From positions 45,308 to 109,307 of the IMG/VR virus record IMGVR_UViG_3300043395_001986: a stretch of DNA of 64,000 nucleotides; one strand, written 5' to 3'. The notes below the pieces were generated by a model that was not told the origin of the DNA, ran no database searches, and saw only the letters and a list, made by a program, of their open reading frames with translations. Numbering within the stretch: the stretch's first letter is position 1; each line of letters starts with the position of its first letter. Positions 49,124-58,691 of the stretch are shown in pieces. The position numbers were made by a program, and so were the translations under genes. This DNA is from a virus (Duplodnaviria > Heunggongvirae > Uroviricota > Caudoviricetes).

Positions 49124-50263
49124 ATGGCAAATTCAAAATTATTGAAAGAAGCAATCGCTGATGCAAAAGCTGTAAAAGAAACTGCATTAGCAAACGCAAA
49201 AATCCAATTAGCTGAAGCTTTCGCCCCAAGATTGTCATCAATGTTATCTAAAAAATTACAAGCAGAAATGCAAGATAATGAAGAAGATGTTGAAGATGTA
49301 AAAGAAGGTGAAGAGATGGATGCTGAAAAGGATGAAGAAAAGCCAGAGAACGTTTATGAGGAATTGACTTCATCAGGAATTGGTAAAGCAGGTGCGGGTT
49401 CTGGTACAGACGGTAAACAACCATCTTACACAGACGATAGTAACACTTTACAATTAGGTTTATCTGATACTGACAAGAAAAATTCAGAAGTAGGTAAAGA
49501 AGATGAAGAATATACTGAAACAGACGATTTAATGGAAGGTGATGAAATGGATTCACAAGAAGATGACGAAAAAATGGCATACGAAGGTGAAGAAATGGAT
49601 TCAGAAGAAGATGATTTAGATTTAGACGAAATCATCAAAGAATTAGAAGACGAATTATCTAAAAGCGATGAAGCTGAAGACGCATCTGAAGAAGAGTGGA
49701 AAAACGAAGCAGAAGATGAAGCATCAGCAGAAGACGCTGCAGAAGATGCAGCTGAATACAAAGCTGAAGGAGAAGACGCTGAAGATTCTAAAGATGACAT
49801 GATTGACATCGAAGAAATCATCAAAGAATTAGAAGATGAAGAAGCTGCTGAAAAAGCTGGTGAAGAAGAAAAATCTAAAGTAGATTCATTATCATCAGAT
49901 TTGGAAGAAGCGTACGGAGTGATTAAGCAATTAAAAAGCACAATCAACGAAGTAAATCTTTTAAACGCAAAATTATTGTTCGCTAACAAATTGTTTAGAG
50001 CATTTAACATGACAAATGAGCAAAAATCTAAAGTAATTGATACATTAGATAGAACTTCAAATGTTAGAGAAGTTAAATTGGTTTATTCAACTTTAGCAGA
50101 ATCAATGAAGTTTGGTGCAAATACTCCAGCTAAAAAGAATATCACAGAAGGTATTGCTTCTAAAGCACAAAAGAGTACTGCTCCAGCAAAAGAAATCATC
50201 AGCGAAAACAAATCTGAAGCATTTGCAAACAGATTCAAGCAATTAGCTGGTATTATTAAATAA
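49124..50263 (+). CDS. Prohead scaffold/core protein
   Basis: Very acidic, immediately upstream of the major capsid gene; EVNLLNAKLL, C-terminal RFKQLAGI. Confidence 0.8.
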   Translation: MANSKLLKEAIADAKAVKETALANAKIQLAEAFAPRLSSMLSKKLQAEMQDNEEDVEDVKEGEEMDAEKDEEKPENVYEELTSSGIGKAGAGSGTDGKQPSYTDDSNTLQLGLSDTDKKNSEVGKEDEEYTETDDLMEGDEMDSQEDDEKMAYEGEEMDSEEDDLDLDEIIKELEDELSKSDEAEDASEEEWKNEAEDEASAEDAAEDAAEYKAEGEDAEDSKDDMIDIEEIIKELEDEEAAEKAGEEEKSKVDSLSSDLEEAYGVIKQLKSTINEVNLLNAKLLFANKLFRAFNMTNEQKSKVIDTLDRTSNVREVKLVYSTLAESMKFGANTPAKKNITEGIASKAQKSTAPAKEIISENKSEAFANRFKQLAGIIK

Positions 50264-50285
50264 TTAAACAAAAAATTAAATAACA

Positions 50286-51923
50286 ATGGCACAATTCGAT
50301 TTATCAAAATTGATGGAAGGCAAAAACCCACAATCAGTAATGCTTGAGCAAACTAGAGGTTTGAGAAGCAAGTGGGAAAAAACTGGCCTTTTAGAAGGTA
50401 TCGGAACTGCAACTGAAAAAGCAGGTATGGCGGTACTTTTAGAAAACCAAGCAAAGCAATTGTTGGATGAAGCAAACTATACTTCAACAACAGCTGGTAA
50501 CGAAGAATGGTCTGGAGTGGCTTTACCACTTGTAAGACGTATCTTCGGTGAAATTGCAGCAAAAGAATTCGTTTCAGTACAACCAATGAACTTACCTTCA
50601 GGTTTGATTTTCTATATGGATTTCAAATATGGTTCTAACCAACCAGGTAACCCATCTTTCCAAAACTCATCATTATTCGGTAGTGGTGGTTTAGCAGGTA
50701 AAGATTCTTTATCTCCATCAGGTGAAAAATTAGGTTCTACTCAAACTGCACAAGGTGGTTTATATGGTGCAGGTAGATTCGGATACACTTTAAACGATAC
50801 ATTCTCATCTTCAGCAGCTACTTTATGGTCTACATCTTCAGTATCTTTCGCAGATGTTAACTTTGATGCTAATTTCTTAGCAACTGGTTCATTAAAGAAA
50901 GTGACTGTAGGTATTCCTTCAGACGCTGATTACAATGGTATCAGAAGTTTCCAAATTGGTGGTGCACAAATCACTTCAGGATACTATCCACAATTTACAA
51001 AATTAGATGGTACAACTTTATCATTCATCGTTCCTGCTATCACTGGTTTATTAACTGGTTCATTAAGATTGGACTACACTAAGCAACCAACTGCAGCAAA
51101 CAGAGGTGATTTCGAAGAGAAAGGTACAAGATTTAATGATGTAAATGATGGTGATGCATTAGACATCCCAACAATCGACCTTGAATTAAAATCAGAGGCT
51201 ATCGTTGCTAAAACTCGTAAGTTGAAAGCAGTATGGACTCCTGAATTAGCTCAAGACTTAAACGCTTACCATTCAATTGATGCAGAAGCTGAATTAACTT
51301 CTATGTTATCTGAATACATCTCTTTAGAGATTGATTTGGAAATTTTAGAAATGTTACAGCAAAATGCATTGACTACAGAAAGATGGTCAGCTAGAGTTGG
51401 TTATGAGTACGACCAAGCAACAAGTGCATTCGTAGCTGATTCTTCAACAAATGCAGCATCTGCATACCAAAAGAACACTTGGTTCCAAACTTTAGGTGTT
51501 AAAATCAATAAGGTATCTAACAAGATTCACCAATTGACTTTAAGAGGTGGTGCTAACTTTATCGTTGCATCTCCAGATGTATGTACTATTTTAGAATCAA
51601 TTCCAGGATTTGCAGTAACTGCTGATAAAGACGCTAAGCAATTCTCTGCTGGTGTTTCTGCAGTAGGTAACATCGCAAACAGATACACTGTCTACAAAAA
51701 TCCTTACATGACTGAAAACGTAATGTTAATGGGTTACAAAGGAAATAACTTCCTTGAGACTGGTGCTGTTTATTCTCCATATGTACCATTGGTATTAACT
51801 CCATTGGTGTACGATCCAGATAACTTCACTCCAAGAAGAGGAGTTATGACTCGTTACGCTAAGAAGATGGTAAGACCAGAATTCTATGGTAAGATTGTTA
51901 TCGCTGATATGGATAAAATCTAA
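50286..51923 (+). CDS. Major capsid protein (T4 gp23-like)
   Basis: LLENQ, LPLVRR, VQPMNLPSGLIF, KTRKLKAVWTPELAQDLNAYH, YSPYVPL, GVMTRY. Confidence 0.96.
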   Translation: MAQFDLSKLMEGKNPQSVMLEQTRGLRSKWEKTGLLEGIGTATEKAGMAVLLENQAKQLLDEANYTSTTAGNEEWSGVALPLVRRIFGEIAAKEFVSVQPMNLPSGLIFYMDFKYGSNQPGNPSFQNSSLFGSGGLAGKDSLSPSGEKLGSTQTAQGGLYGAGRFGYTLNDTFSSSAATLWSTSSVSFADVNFDANFLATGSLKKVTVGIPSDADYNGIRSFQIGGAQITSGYYPQFTKLDGTTLSFIVPAITGLLTGSLRLDYTKQPTAANRGDFEEKGTRFNDVNDGDALDIPTIDLELKSEAIVAKTRKLKAVWTPELAQDLNAYHSIDAEAELTSMLSEYISLEIDLEILEMLQQNALTTERWSARVGYEYDQATSAFVADSSTNAASAYQKNTWFQTLGVKINKVSNKIHQLTLRGGANFIVASPDVCTILESIPGFAVTADKDAKQFSAGVSAVGNIANRYTVYKNPYMTENVMLMGYKGNNFLETGAVYSPYVPLVLTPLVYDPDNFTPRRGVMTRYAKKMVRPEFYGKIVIADMDKI

Positions 51924-51944
51924 TCAGTAATGATATAATAAACT

Positions 51945-51979
51945 AAAAGGGGGTGAGAAATCACTCCCTTTTTTTATTT
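51945..51979 (+). terminator. Rho-independent terminator after the capsid gene
   Basis: AAAAGGGGGTGA-GAAA-TCACTCCCTTTT followed by a T tract. Confidence 0.9.
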
Positions 51980-52023
51980 AACAATATTTAGATATTTATA
52001 TAAAATCAAATTAAATATATTAA

Positions 52024-53274
52024 ATGTCTTGTAACAATAACACGAGCGGCGGACTTTCAGCAAAATGGCCAGGAAGTGCATCATTTTCATCTGGTTCCGG
52101 CGATACTCCTTTTGGAATATATGATTCGGATTTGGATTTCCAACATGACGCACCTTTGGTTGCAAATTATGTAGCTAGAAGATTAGGATACCCATCTATT
52201 GATATTGAATTAAATGCTTGCCAATTATTTACCTGTTTTGAAGAAGCAGTTACTGAATATTCTGCACAAGTAAATCAATTTAATATTCGTAATAACTTAT
52301 ATAATTTAGTTGGTAACGAAAGAACATATGAAAAAGTAAATGATTCTTCATCATTAGATTTAAATGGTAAATGGGTAGAAGGTTCAAACTTAAATCAGGT
52401 AATACAAATATCTGACCAATATGGAAGCGAAGCATTGGTAGGTGGTAACATAGCATTGAGAAGTGCTAGTATTAGTTTAGAAGTTGGACAACAATCATAT
52501 GATTTAAAAGAACTTTTTGAAAATACATTACATAGTGGAAGTAAAATAGAAGTTCGTAAAGTATTCCATGATGGTATACCTGCTGTATCGCGTTTCTTCG
52601 ACCCGTATGCAGTATCTGCGATGGGTACATTGAATTTAATTGATGAATTTGGATTTGCATCGTTTTCACCAACTGCTCAATTTGTATTGATGCCTTTGTT
52701 CGAAGATATTTTAAGAATGCAACAAATTGAATTCAATGACCAAATTCGTAGAAGTTTTTATTCATTTCATATAGTAGATAATGTAATAAAAATTTTCCCA
52801 ATACCAACAACAACACAATCTATTAAAAAGGTTTGGATTCAATATACATTAGAAGATGATAGATATGAAGGAAGTAGTACTGGTAATATTAGAATAAAAG
52901 GAGATGATAATAGTGGAGTAAGTAATGTTATTGGTGATTACTCAAATATTGGTTATGATTTTATGAAATATGCAGCAATCAATTCCGTTGGTAAACAATG
53001 GATTTGGAGATATACATTGGCTTTGGCAAAAGAATTATTAGGGGCAGTTAGAGAAAAATATGCAACTATACCGATTGCAGGGCAAGATAGTATTTCTTTA
53101 GATGGAGCGGCATTAAGAGCAGAAGCATTGCAGGACAAGGAAACATTGTTTAATCAATTAAGACAAACATTAGAAGAATTAAGTAAACCAAAGCAAATGG
53201 AATATAAAGCAGCAGAAGCTGAGCAAGTTCAGAAAATGTTGGGTAAAGTTCCTTTGCCATTTTATATAGGATAA
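52024..53274 (+). CDS. Neck/head-tail adaptor (T4 gp13-like)
   Basis: RRLGYPSIDIEL..Q...CFEEA; WIWRYTLALAKELLG.VREKY; follows the capsid gene. Confidence 0.8.
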   Translation: MSCNNNTSGGLSAKWPGSASFSSGSGDTPFGIYDSDLDFQHDAPLVANYVARRLGYPSIDIELNACQLFTCFEEAVTEYSAQVNQFNIRNNLYNLVGNERTYEKVNDSSSLDLNGKWVEGSNLNQVIQISDQYGSEALVGGNIALRSASISLEVGQQSYDLKELFENTLHSGSKIEVRKVFHDGIPAVSRFFDPYAVSAMGTLNLIDEFGFASFSPTAQFVLMPLFEDILRMQQIEFNDQIRRSFYSFHIVDNVIKIFPIPTTTQSIKKVWIQYTLEDDRYEGSSTGNIRIKGDDNSGVSNVIGDYSNIGYDFMKYAAINSVGKQWIWRYTLALAKELLGAVREKYATIPIAGQDSISLDGAALRAEALQDKETLFNQLRQTLEELSKPKQMEYKAAEAEQVQKMLGKVPLPFYIG

Positions 53275-53275
53275 T

Positions 53276-53755
53276 ATGAGTGAAACTTGCGTAAACCCAT
53301 CAACGGGAATAATAGGTGGCAATGATATTAATTTATTTATTTCCATAGGAAGTGAACTGATAACAAATGTTACTCAGCAACTTTGCTATTATTTTAAAGT
53401 AAATCCATATGAAAGTAAAACAAATTTATATGGTGAATCATTGGGTAAAACTTATTTTAGACCAGTAGAAATTTATGCTAGAATAGAATATGGTGAAATA
53501 AGTGCAACTTATGAGGGATTTGGACAAGATTCTACGCAGACTGTTAATTTTATATTTACAAAAAATGCATTAATAACCGATGGTATATATCTTGAAGTTG
53601 GTGACTATTTTAAATTCAATGATGGTTATTATGAGGTTAGTAATGTAAATGAAAGTCAATTTATAGCAGGACAGCCGGCTAATAGCTTATCAATTGTTGC
53701 ACAAACATTCTTAACTAGAAAGTCATCTTTAAACATAGAAGAAAGATTAAAATAA
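53276..53755 (+). CDS. Head closure/neck protein (T4 gp14-like)
   Basis: NLYGE, EVGDY..F....YEV; synteny. Confidence 0.65.
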   Translation: MSETCVNPSTGIIGGNDINLFISIGSELITNVTQQLCYYFKVNPYESKTNLYGESLGKTYFRPVEIYARIEYGEISATYEGFGQDSTQTVNFIFTKNALITDGIYLEVGDYFKFNDGYYEVSNVNESQFIAGQPANSLSIVAQTFLTRKSSLNIEERLK

Positions 53756-53756
53756 A

Positions 53757-55148
53757 ATGCCAATAGAAAATCCATTACATAATCCAGGAAACAGAGCAAC
53801 CGAAATTAAAAGAGAAGAAACTTTTACTAAAAGAAGTATTACTCTTTATGATGTTGATTTTGCAATATCACAATATATGCAAGATATTGTTATACCACAA
53901 TTAGAAGAAAATGGACAAAAAATAAATATTCCATTAGTATATGGTAATGCAGAAAGATGGAAAGCTGCACAAATAGATGGCGTTCATAGAGATAAAAGAG
54001 GAAAAATACAAATTCCTATTATAATGTTCAAACGAAATACAGTCGAAAGAACAGATAGTATGCAGATGTTAAATAGACATTTATCGTACACATCACAGGC
54101 AATTTGGAGCAAAAAAAATGCATATGATAAATTTTCTATTTTAAATAATTTTAGACCAAAAAAAGAAGTTTATAATATAACAATGCCGGATTATGTGGAT
54201 GTTACATATGAAGTAGTAATATGGACAAACTACACCGAACATATGAATACAATAGTTGAAGCGTTTCAATATGCTTCAGATGAATATTGGGGAGATAAAA
54301 ATAAATTTAAGTTTAAAACTAAAATAGATAATTTTGAAACATCACAAGATATGGTAGATGGTGGGGAAAGAATTGTTAAAACTAATTTTACAATGTTAGT
54401 TAAAGCATACCTTCTTCCTGAAAAATTTGATGGTGAAAATACTATTAAAAAATCAATTTCACCAAAAGCGATTCAAATTGACTCAAAAATTATTGGAGAA
54501 GAGCCTAGAGTTAAAACGGATGATTATACTGGAAATAAATTAGTACATGATTATATTGTTTTAAATAATACAAGTATAGGTGAATATGAATCTGCAAATG
54601 TAATAACATTTAAAGATGTAAAGTATATAACACCGCCAACCGGATTAGAAACATTAGATACAAATGATACTTTAAAAATATACATCAACGGGCAGTATCA
54701 AACACCGACAGGATATTCGTTGCAAATAAACGATACAAATATTGTAGCTACCTTTAATTCAAATGTGATTGGATTTGAAACAGAAAGTGATGATTATATT
54801 ACAATAACAGGTAAAATAAAATTATTAAAACAATCTAAAAAATATAAACCAAGAACATTCAACGAATTGGTTAATTCATATGAAACAATAAAAATAGAAT
54901 TAACATATGATTCGGATAATTCTAAATTTTGGATATTCAAAAATATAAATTATAGAATAAAAGAATTAGCAGACCCTTCTGTTGTAAAATTTGATGTAGA
55001 TATAAATTCACAATTAATAGATAAAAAAGATTATATTGTTGGTGATATGGATGGGTATATAAAAATAGCGTTTAGAAAAGCAAACTTTCCATATTCAATT
55101 GATGTTACGGATAAAGTATTTGTAGAAGGACCTATTGAAAATATATAA
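53757..55148 (+). CDS. Tail terminator/sheath stabiliser (T4 gp15-like) with C-terminal extension
   Basis: IPLVYGNAERW, PDYVDVTYEVVIWT..EHMN.IVE; synteny. Confidence 0.65.
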   Translation: MPIENPLHNPGNRATEIKREETFTKRSITLYDVDFAISQYMQDIVIPQLEENGQKINIPLVYGNAERWKAAQIDGVHRDKRGKIQIPIIMFKRNTVERTDSMQMLNRHLSYTSQAIWSKKNAYDKFSILNNFRPKKEVYNITMPDYVDVTYEVVIWTNYTEHMNTIVEAFQYASDEYWGDKNKFKFKTKIDNFETSQDMVDGGERIVKTNFTMLVKAYLLPEKFDGENTIKKSISPKAIQIDSKIIGEEPRVKTDDYTGNKLVHDYIVLNNTSIGEYESANVITFKDVKYITPPTGLETLDTNDTLKIYINGQYQTPTGYSLQINDTNIVATFNSNVIGFETESDDYITITGKIKLLKQSKKYKPRTFNELVNSYETIKIELTYDSDNSKFWIFKNINYRIKELADPSVVKFDVDINSQLIDKKDYIVGDMDGYIKIAFRKANFPYSIDVTDKVFVEGPIENI

Positions 55149-55549
55149 TGAAAATATTAAAAAAATATACAAAAAGAGCAATACAATTTAAAAATGATGT
55201 TAGAACACAAATAGCAACAGATAAAACAATCATAGCTGATAATGTAACTACCATCGGTACTGATTTTATTGCAACTTTTGCGAACATAGATTATGCAAAA
55301 GGTTATGATATATATTCAAAAGACTCAATTCAAATATATTTTTCGGGATTACCAATTTTATCAGAATATTTAAAAGATATTAAATTTAATAAAACAGAAA
55401 TAATTTTAACATTTGATAATTCAGATAATTATTTTGTAACATATTCACCTGAAATGATAACAATCAAAGGTAAATTTGTTGATAGTTATCTGGTATCAGA
55501 AGATGATAATTGGTTAGGAACAGAAGATAGTAAAGATATTATATTTTAA
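55148..55549 (+). CDS. Hypothetical structural protein
   Basis: Beta-rich; C-terminal LVSED..LGTED. Confidence 0.55.
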   Translation: MKILKKYTKRAIQFKNDVRTQIATDKTIIADNVTTIGTDFIATFANIDYAKGYDIYSKDSIQIYFSGLPILSEYLKDIKFNKTEIILTFDNSDNYFVTYSPEMITIKGKFVDSYLVSEDDNWLGTEDSKDIIF

Positions 55550-55552
55550 AAA

Positions 55553-57643
55553 ATGGGAAAAGTTAGAATTTCAGAATTACCTTATTTAGTAAGTGCATCT
55601 GCAGATGTAATACTACCTGTTGTTGATAATGGTGTAACATATAAAACAGATTTAAATGTTTTAGAAACCGCAATGGTACATGTTTTATCATCATCAATTG
55701 ATAATAGATTGGATTTTTTAGAAACTTTTAGCGCATCGTTTCCTCAATTTAGCTCATCTATTGATATTAAAATAGAAGCCGCAACAAATGAACAAAGTTT
55801 AGCACATTTAATAACTACATCTTCATTTAATTCATTTACACAATCATATTATAATGTAAGTGCTTCATTTGATAGTAGAATACAAAATCATATATCGTCA
55901 ACTGCATATATAAGTGAATCATATACAGAATTTGTTTATAGTTATCATTCCGAAAGTTCTAGTTTTAGTAGCAGAATAGATGCGGCAACAAATGAGCAAT
56001 ATATAGCAGGATTATTACTAACAGCATCGTACAATACCGATAGTACTTCATTTGACAGTAGATTAGATGGATTAGAAAGTTTTAGTAGTTCAGCAGATAA
56101 TAGATATGTTTTGAGTGGGAGCATTACTCAAACAACTTGGGATAATATTGCAAATAAACCAAATGATATTATAAGTTCATCAACACAAATTTCTGATTTG
56201 GGATTTGTAACAGGTTCATATACTACTATAACTTCATTCAATAATTTAACACAATCATTTAATCAAATATCACAATCATTTACGACAGTTAGTGGTAGTT
56301 TTGGCGAAATAGATTTTAGTGGAATTAACTCAATTACAGCTTCATATTTAGAATTTACTCAATCATATTATAGTGAAAGTGCTTCATTTGATAGTAGAAT
56401 TATTAGTGGTAGTGCAGTAGCAGGAACAATAAGTGGTAGTTCTCAAATAGCAGCATTGGGATATGCAACTACATCATCCGTAACTACAATAAGTGCATCA
56501 GCATGGGGAGCATTCCAAAGTGCAAGTTCTTATAGTAGTTCTTTACAAACTTCAATTACAACATTAAGTAGTAGTGTAAACACATTAAGTTCTTCAGTAG
56601 ATAGTAGATTTGATACATTAGAAGCAACTATCATAAGTGGAAGTCCAAATTATATACAAGTATTAGGTAATCAAAGAAGTGGTATATCAGTTGATGGAAC
56701 ATCAATTATTAGTGGTAGTATTACTACGACCGGTAATCCCGTTCAAATTATGGTGACCGGTGATGCAAACCCAACATCAACAACAGGTCAATGGTGTAGA
56801 CTTCAATTATATAGAAATAGTAGTGCAATTGGTAATATTATTCAAGTAGAATCTTCTGCACAAAATGAAAATGTTCCGTATTGTTTAAATGTAATAGATA
56901 CACCATCAGCAGGAACATATGAATATTCTCTTAAAATAGCATCACCACAAGGAACTTGGGCATTTGGTGAAGCAACGGGTCCTCTTTTAACCGCAGTAGA
57001 ATTAAAAACAAATACAAACTTACCATCTACAAATAATACATTTACTGAAACAAACACATTTACTGGTGCAACCAATTTAAGTGGTTCGGTAAGAATTGGA
57101 GCCGGTGCAGGATTTGAAGGTGGTGAACTACAATTAGCATACGCACCATCGGGTTCTACTTTAACAGGTAGTGCAGTTAGTGTGGATATTTATCAAAATA
57201 GATTAAGAATATTTGAAGGTGGTGGTAATGCTAGAGGTGCACATTTGGATTTAAGTAAATTACCGGAAGGTGTTGCAGGTGAATTGATATGGAAAACAAG
57301 TGGGTTTGTAAACGCAGGAACATTCTTAACATTAGATAATTTAAAAGTATCAGTAACAACAGGTGGTAGTAGAGGATTGAGTGTGGGAGCAGTATCAACA
57401 AATTTTACCGCTAACATATCGGGTTGGTTTGGATATACCGGTGGTGGGGGTGGTGCATCCGCATATAACGTATCATACACAACAACCGGGTCAAATTCGG
57501 CATTTGGGTGGTCGTTTGGAACAGAAGGTGATGGTTCGAATTATATTATAAACGATAAAACCAATAATAGAGTTTATCGTGTAAGTTTAATGATTGGTGC
57601 GGGATACAATAATAATTTCATTTCAATAGAAAGATTATATTAA
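55553..57643 (+). CDS. Ser-rich fibre/decoration protein
   Basis: VRISELP N-terminus, SFDSRI repeats, globular beta C-terminal domains. Confidence 0.65.
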   Translation: MGKVRISELPYLVSASADVILPVVDNGVTYKTDLNVLETAMVHVLSSSIDNRLDFLETFSASFPQFSSSIDIKIEAATNEQSLAHLITTSSFNSFTQSYYNVSASFDSRIQNHISSTAYISESYTEFVYSYHSESSSFSSRIDAATNEQYIAGLLLTASYNTDSTSFDSRLDGLESFSSSADNRYVLSGSITQTTWDNIANKPNDIISSSTQISDLGFVTGSYTTITSFNNLTQSFNQISQSFTTVSGSFGEIDFSGINSITASYLEFTQSYYSESASFDSRIISGSAVAGTISGSSQIAALGYATTSSVTTISASAWGAFQSASSYSSSLQTSITTLSSSVNTLSSSVDSRFDTLEATIISGSPNYIQVLGNQRSGISVDGTSIISGSITTTGNPVQIMVTGDANPTSTTGQWCRLQLYRNSSAIGNIIQVESSAQNENVPYCLNVIDTPSAGTYEYSLKIASPQGTWAFGEATGPLLTAVELKTNTNLPSTNNTFTETNTFTGATNLSGSVRIGAGAGFEGGELQLAYAPSGSTLTGSAVSVDIYQNRLRIFEGGGNARGAHLDLSKLPEGVAGELIWKTSGFVNAGTFLTLDNLKVSVTTGGSRGLSVGAVSTNFTANISGWFGYTGGGGGASAYNVSYTTTGSNSAFGWSFGTEGDGSNYIINDKTNNRVYRVSLMIGAGYNNNFISIERLY

Positions 57644-57658
57644 CGATATTTATACCTA

Positions 57659-57934
57659 ATGGCAACTTTAATAAGATTAAAACAAATAGAAAGTGGTTCT
57701 GCATTACAAACATCTGCAGATTTGGGAAATAATGTTTCACAATCAATAATAAACATTGTTAGTAGTTCTATTGCAGGTGTATTACCAGATGGTATAGTAT
57801 CTTCATCTGCACAAATAGAATTATTATCAGCAAGTGGATATAATGCATTTACTGAATCATTGAATATTACATTTGCAACAGATTACGAAGTATTTGTTAC
57901 TTCATCATTAATTTTAGACCAGGGAGAATTTTAA
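57659..57934 (+). CDS. Small Ser-rich structural protein
   Basis: IRLKQI N-terminus; FATDYEV...LDQGEF C-terminus shared with the next gene. Confidence 0.6.
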   Translation: MATLIRLKQIESGSALQTSADLGNNVSQSIINIVSSSIAGVLPDGIVSSSAQIELLSASGYNAFTESLNITFATDYEVFVTSSLILDQGEF

Positions 57935-57948
57935 TATTTATATAACAA

Positions 57949-58605
57949 ATGAGTCAAATTTTAAAACTAAAACGCGGTAATTTAGAAAGAATATCCATTG
58001 TAACGGGTTCGTTAACAAAGGGTGAAATGATTATTGCTTCTTCTTCCGCAAATATAAATTCTATAAATGGAAGTTCAATTGTATTTTCAACAACAGAAAA
58101 TGGACGTATTGAAGCCGTAAATAGAATAATCAAAAGTAATACCGCTCCAAACATATTTAGTTCATCGGTATACGGCAATACAATAGATGGTGTTCCTTAT
58201 TTTGATAGTGGAAGTGGTACTCTTTATTTATTAGGTGCAGATGGAAATGAAGCAATTTCTTTAATTGGTAACATTCAACCATTGAGTTCATCGGTTAACA
58301 CTAGAATTTCTCAATTAGAAAGTTTTAGTTCTTCATTAACTACAACATTTGCAACAGATATAGAATTAGCAGCAGTTTCTCAATCGGTATCAGCATCGGA
58401 AGCGGCAGTAAGTGCTTCAATTGCAAATTCTTTATCTAATATTTACACTTTCTTTCCAGCAGGTGTTATAAGTAGTTCACAACAAGTTATAGATATTTTC
58501 AACGCTAACTTCAGTAGTTCAATGGCAACGACGGTTGATAATGTATTTGCAACGGATTATGAAGTTGAGGTCACATCTTCATTGATGGATGGCGGTGAAT
58601 GGTAA
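57949..58605 (+). CDS. Ser-rich structural protein, short paralog of the 58692 N-terminus
   Basis: LKRG..KGE..DGVP..TLYLLGADGN.AI.L.GNI shared with 58692; ends MDGGEW. Confidence 0.65.
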   Translation: MSQILKLKRGNLERISIVTGSLTKGEMIIASSSANINSINGSSIVFSTTENGRIEAVNRIIKSNTAPNIFSSSVYGNTIDGVPYFDSGSGTLYLLGADGNEAISLIGNIQPLSSSVNTRISQLESFSSSLTTTFATDIELAAVSQSVSASEAAVSASIANSLSNIYTFFPAGVISSSQQVIDIFNANFSSSMATTVDNVFATDYEVEVTSSLMDGGEW

Positions 58606-58691
58606 AAAAAAATAATTAAAATTTATTAATATTAAACAAATTTAAAAATCATTTCTCATATTTATATGGGTAAAGGAGTAACTGAACTAAT

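Noticed and set aside
49426-50010. 194-aa Ser-rich minus-strand ORF
   Set aside because: Antisense shadow of the GAA/GAT-rich scaffold gene
40148-51923. Introns or inteins in terminase, portal or capsid genes
   Set aside because: ORFs are continuous and of normal length, with no intein or homing-endonuclease motifs
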